Assembly: GCF_003025595.1 (NCBI RefSeq)
Contig: NZ_PYMI01000004.1
Location: 710,939 to 734,938, forward strand
Origin: Photobacterium ganghwense
Lineage (GTDB): Bacteria; Pseudomonadota; Gammaproteobacteria; Enterobacterales; Vibrionaceae
Length of the DNA: 24,000 nucleotides
Direction: 5' to 3'
Shown here: one piece after another, positions 22,377-24,000 of the stretch
Layout of the letters: every line of letters begins with the position of its first letter
Numbering within the stretch: the stretch's first letter is position 1
Position numbers and translations under genes: made by a program
The notes under the pieces: model-generated
What the model saw: the letters and a program-made list of their open reading frames with translations, nothing else
Databases searched by the model: none
Told to the model about the DNA's origin: nothing

Positions 22377-22859
22377 ATGGAAGAAATCTTTTTTGCCGGT
22401 GGCTGTTTGTGGGGCGTTCAGGAGTTCATGAAGCACCTGCCCGGCGTCATAAGCACCGAAGCGGGCCGAGCCAACGGCACAACGAACACGACCCAAGGCG
22501 AGTATGACGGCTATGCCGAGTGTGTTCGCACCCAGTTCGACCCAAGCGTGATATCGGTTGAGCAGCTGATGGACTATTTTTTCGAGATCATCGATCCCTA
22601 CAGCGTGAACAAACAAGGACAGGATGTGGGAGAAAAATACCGCACCGGTGTTTACAGTCGCCATCCGGCACACTTAGAAAAAGTGCAAAATTACATCCTT
22701 GCCCGAGATGATGCGCGTTTGATCGCTGTAGAGGTGTTACCGCTGCACAACTATGTCAAAAGTGACGATGAGCATCAGGACAGATTGACCCTTCACCCTG
22801 AAGATCACAGCTATTGCCACATCCCGTTTGATCTTTTGCATAAATACAAAAAAACCTAG
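22377..22859 (+). CDS. msrA: peptide-methionine (S)-S-oxide reductase, short form
   Basis: 160 aa. N-terminal active-site motif FAGGCLWG (GCFWG-type), then GY.E.V...FDP and DP...N.QG.D.G..YR. Confidence 0.85.
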   Translation: MEEIFFAGGCLWGVQEFMKHLPGVISTEAGRANGTTNTTQGEYDGYAECVRTQFDPSVISVEQLMDYFFEIIDPYSVNKQGQDVGEKYRTGVYSRHPAHLEKVQNYILARDDARLIAVEVLPLHNYVKSDDEHQDRLTLHPEDHSYCHIPFDLLHKYKKT

Positions 22860-22906
22860 CGGGCAGCACTTCGAAGAGCATGACTGCCGACCACAAAAGC
22901 CGGTAT

Positions 22907-22937
22907 AAAAAAACCGCTGTCATCACAGCGGTTTTTT
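22907..22937. terminator. bidirectional rho-independent terminator between msrA and rhlE
   Basis: AAAAAAACCGCTGT-CATC-ACAGCGGTTTTTT, an 8-bp stem flanked by an A-tract and a T-tract. Confidence 0.8.
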
Positions 22938-22979
22938 GTTTCTGTTACTGTCTGTCCGGCCCAAGCCCGTCAGGTAATG

Positions 22980-24000
22980 TTACGCCGACTGCGGACGCGG
23001 CTGACGACGCTTTGCTGCTTGCGGATTACCGCCTGGCTTTTTGCCCGCAGGTTTACCCGGTTTGGCAGCACCCGAACGCGATGAACCTGGTTTGGTACCA
23101 GCGGCATCCCGCGCTTGCCCTTTTGGTTTGCTGTTGCCTTTAGCGGCACCGTTTTTCACTGGGCCTTTCGCAGCCCCTCGGCCAGCGCCACCATTGGTGC
23201 GACGTTTTGGTTGCTGTCCGGCTTTAGATTCCTTACCCTCAGCATTTGCAGCACCTGGCGTTTTTGGTTTTTTCGGCTTCTTCGGTTTAATTGGACGCGT
23301 ATCCAGTTTCGATTCCGGTACGGTATTGGTTGCCTTATAGCCGTCCAGTTCAACACGCGGAAGCAGTTCCTGAATCAAACGCTCAATCGCGAACAGTTCT
23401 GGCGCTTCTATGGCAGAGACCAAAGAAATGGCCTTACCGGTTTCTCCCGCACGGCCGGTACGCCCGATACGGTGTACATAATCTTCCGCCACTTTTGGCA
23501 GTTCAAAGTTCACCACCTGAGGCAACTGAGGAATATCAATCCCGCGAGCAGCGATATCCGTCGCCACCAGCACCCGAAGCTCACCTGACTTAAAGTTGGC
23601 CAGTGCTTTGGTACGAGCCCCCTGGCTCTTGTTGCCGTGAATTGCTGCAGCCGCCAGACCTTCTTCAGTCAAGAATGCAGCCAGTCGGTTTGCGCCGTGC
23701 TTGGTACGGGTAAAGACCAACACCTGCTGCCAGTCACCGTCTTTAATCAGCTTAACCAGCATCGGCGCTTTCTTTTTCACGTCCGCCGGATAAATGCACT
23801 GCTCAACCGTTCTGGCTGTCGAGTTTGCCGGGTTAACCGAAATCTCAACCGGATTGTTCACCAGCCCCTTGGCCAGCGCACGGATTTCATCAGAAAACGT
23901 GGCAGAGAACAGCAGGTTCTGGCGCTTCGCTGGCAGCAAATCAAGAATTTTCCGGATATCGCGAATAAAGCCCATATCCAGCATGCGGTCTGCTTCATCC
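22980..24000 (-). CDS. rhlE: DEAD-box ATP-dependent RNA helicase (RhlE type); 3' part only, the N-terminus is beyond the right edge
   Basis: The frame stays open to base 24000, where the minus strand reads GAT GAA GCA GAC CGC (DEADR). Downstream motifs: SAT (LLFSATFS), ARGIDI and HRIGRTGRAG. It ends in a long Lys/Arg/Gly/Pro-rich tail typical of RhlE. Confidence 0.9.
   Translation of the reverse strand, partial: DEADRMLDMGFIRDIRKILDLLPAKRQNLLFSATFSDEIRALAKGLVNNPVEISVNPANSTARTVEQCIYPADVKKKAPMLVKLIKDGDWQQVLVFTRTKHGANRLAAFLTEEGLAAAAIHGNKSQGARTKALANFKSGELRVLVATDIAARGIDIPQLPQVVNFELPKVAEDYVHRIGRTGRAGETGKAISLVSAIEAPELFAIERLIQELLPRVELDGYKATNTVPESKLDTRPIKPKKPKKPKTPGAANAEGKESKAGQQPKRRTNGGAGRGAAKGPVKNGAAKGNSKPKGQARDAAGTKPGSSRSGAAKPGKPAGKKPGGNPQAAKRRQPRPQSA

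Noticed and set aside
22880-23593. Plus-strand ORFs 22880-23143, 23041-23340, 23115-23588 and 23291-23593, and minus-strand ORF 23156-23356
   Set aside because: All overlap the rhlE-type helicase gene in other frames and are low complexity. They mirror its repetitive Lys/Gly/Pro/Ala tail.

Overview
The window looks like chromosomal DNA from a gammaproteobacterium (roughly 50% GC by eye; several proteins resemble E. coli K-12 orthologues as I recall them). The exact taxon cannot be determined here. Most of it is one consolidated galactoside/galactose catabolic locus. In order: ygjH-like tRNA-binding gene (-), galR/galS-type repressor (+), an operon of a cytoplasmic GH5-like glycosidase plus a GPH sugar:cation symporter (-) with its own divergent LacI-family regulator (+), the Leloir operon galE-galT-galK-galM (-), then ebgR, ebgA, ebgC (+), a YgjI-like APC transporter (+) and an S66/MccF-like peptidase (+). 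The flanks carry a polar amino-acid ABC importer (binding protein plus a truncated permease, left edge), and a short-form msrA and a truncated rhlE-type DEAD-box helicase (right edge). I found no CRISPR array, transposase, integrase, toxin-antitoxin pair or recognisable defence genes. I cannot honestly point to a novel multi-gene protein system. The unusual content is non-coding: (1) 10-15 bp tandem arrays, each with its own unit, in 6 of the 8 intergenic gaps that contain a gene 3' end; two arrays 19.7 kb apart share a 9-mer core. (2) A perfect 41-bp hyper-palindrome made of two copies of ATTAGCTAAT, with a third copy nearby, which is probably an atypical GC-centred LacI-family operator set. 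(3) An E. coli-like galP1 layout (OE-type operator, CRP site) with no OI equivalent. (4) Long gal intercistronic spacers, one with a terminator-like hairpin. (5) A 578-bp gene-free gap holding an orphan minus-strand intrinsic terminator, so possibly a small RNA. (6) In-frame low-complexity insertions in EbgA, EbgC, GalM and GalK relative to recalled E. coli sequences. Coordinates of small hand-located features may be off by 1-2 bp. All homology statements come from memory and motifs and need real alignments.
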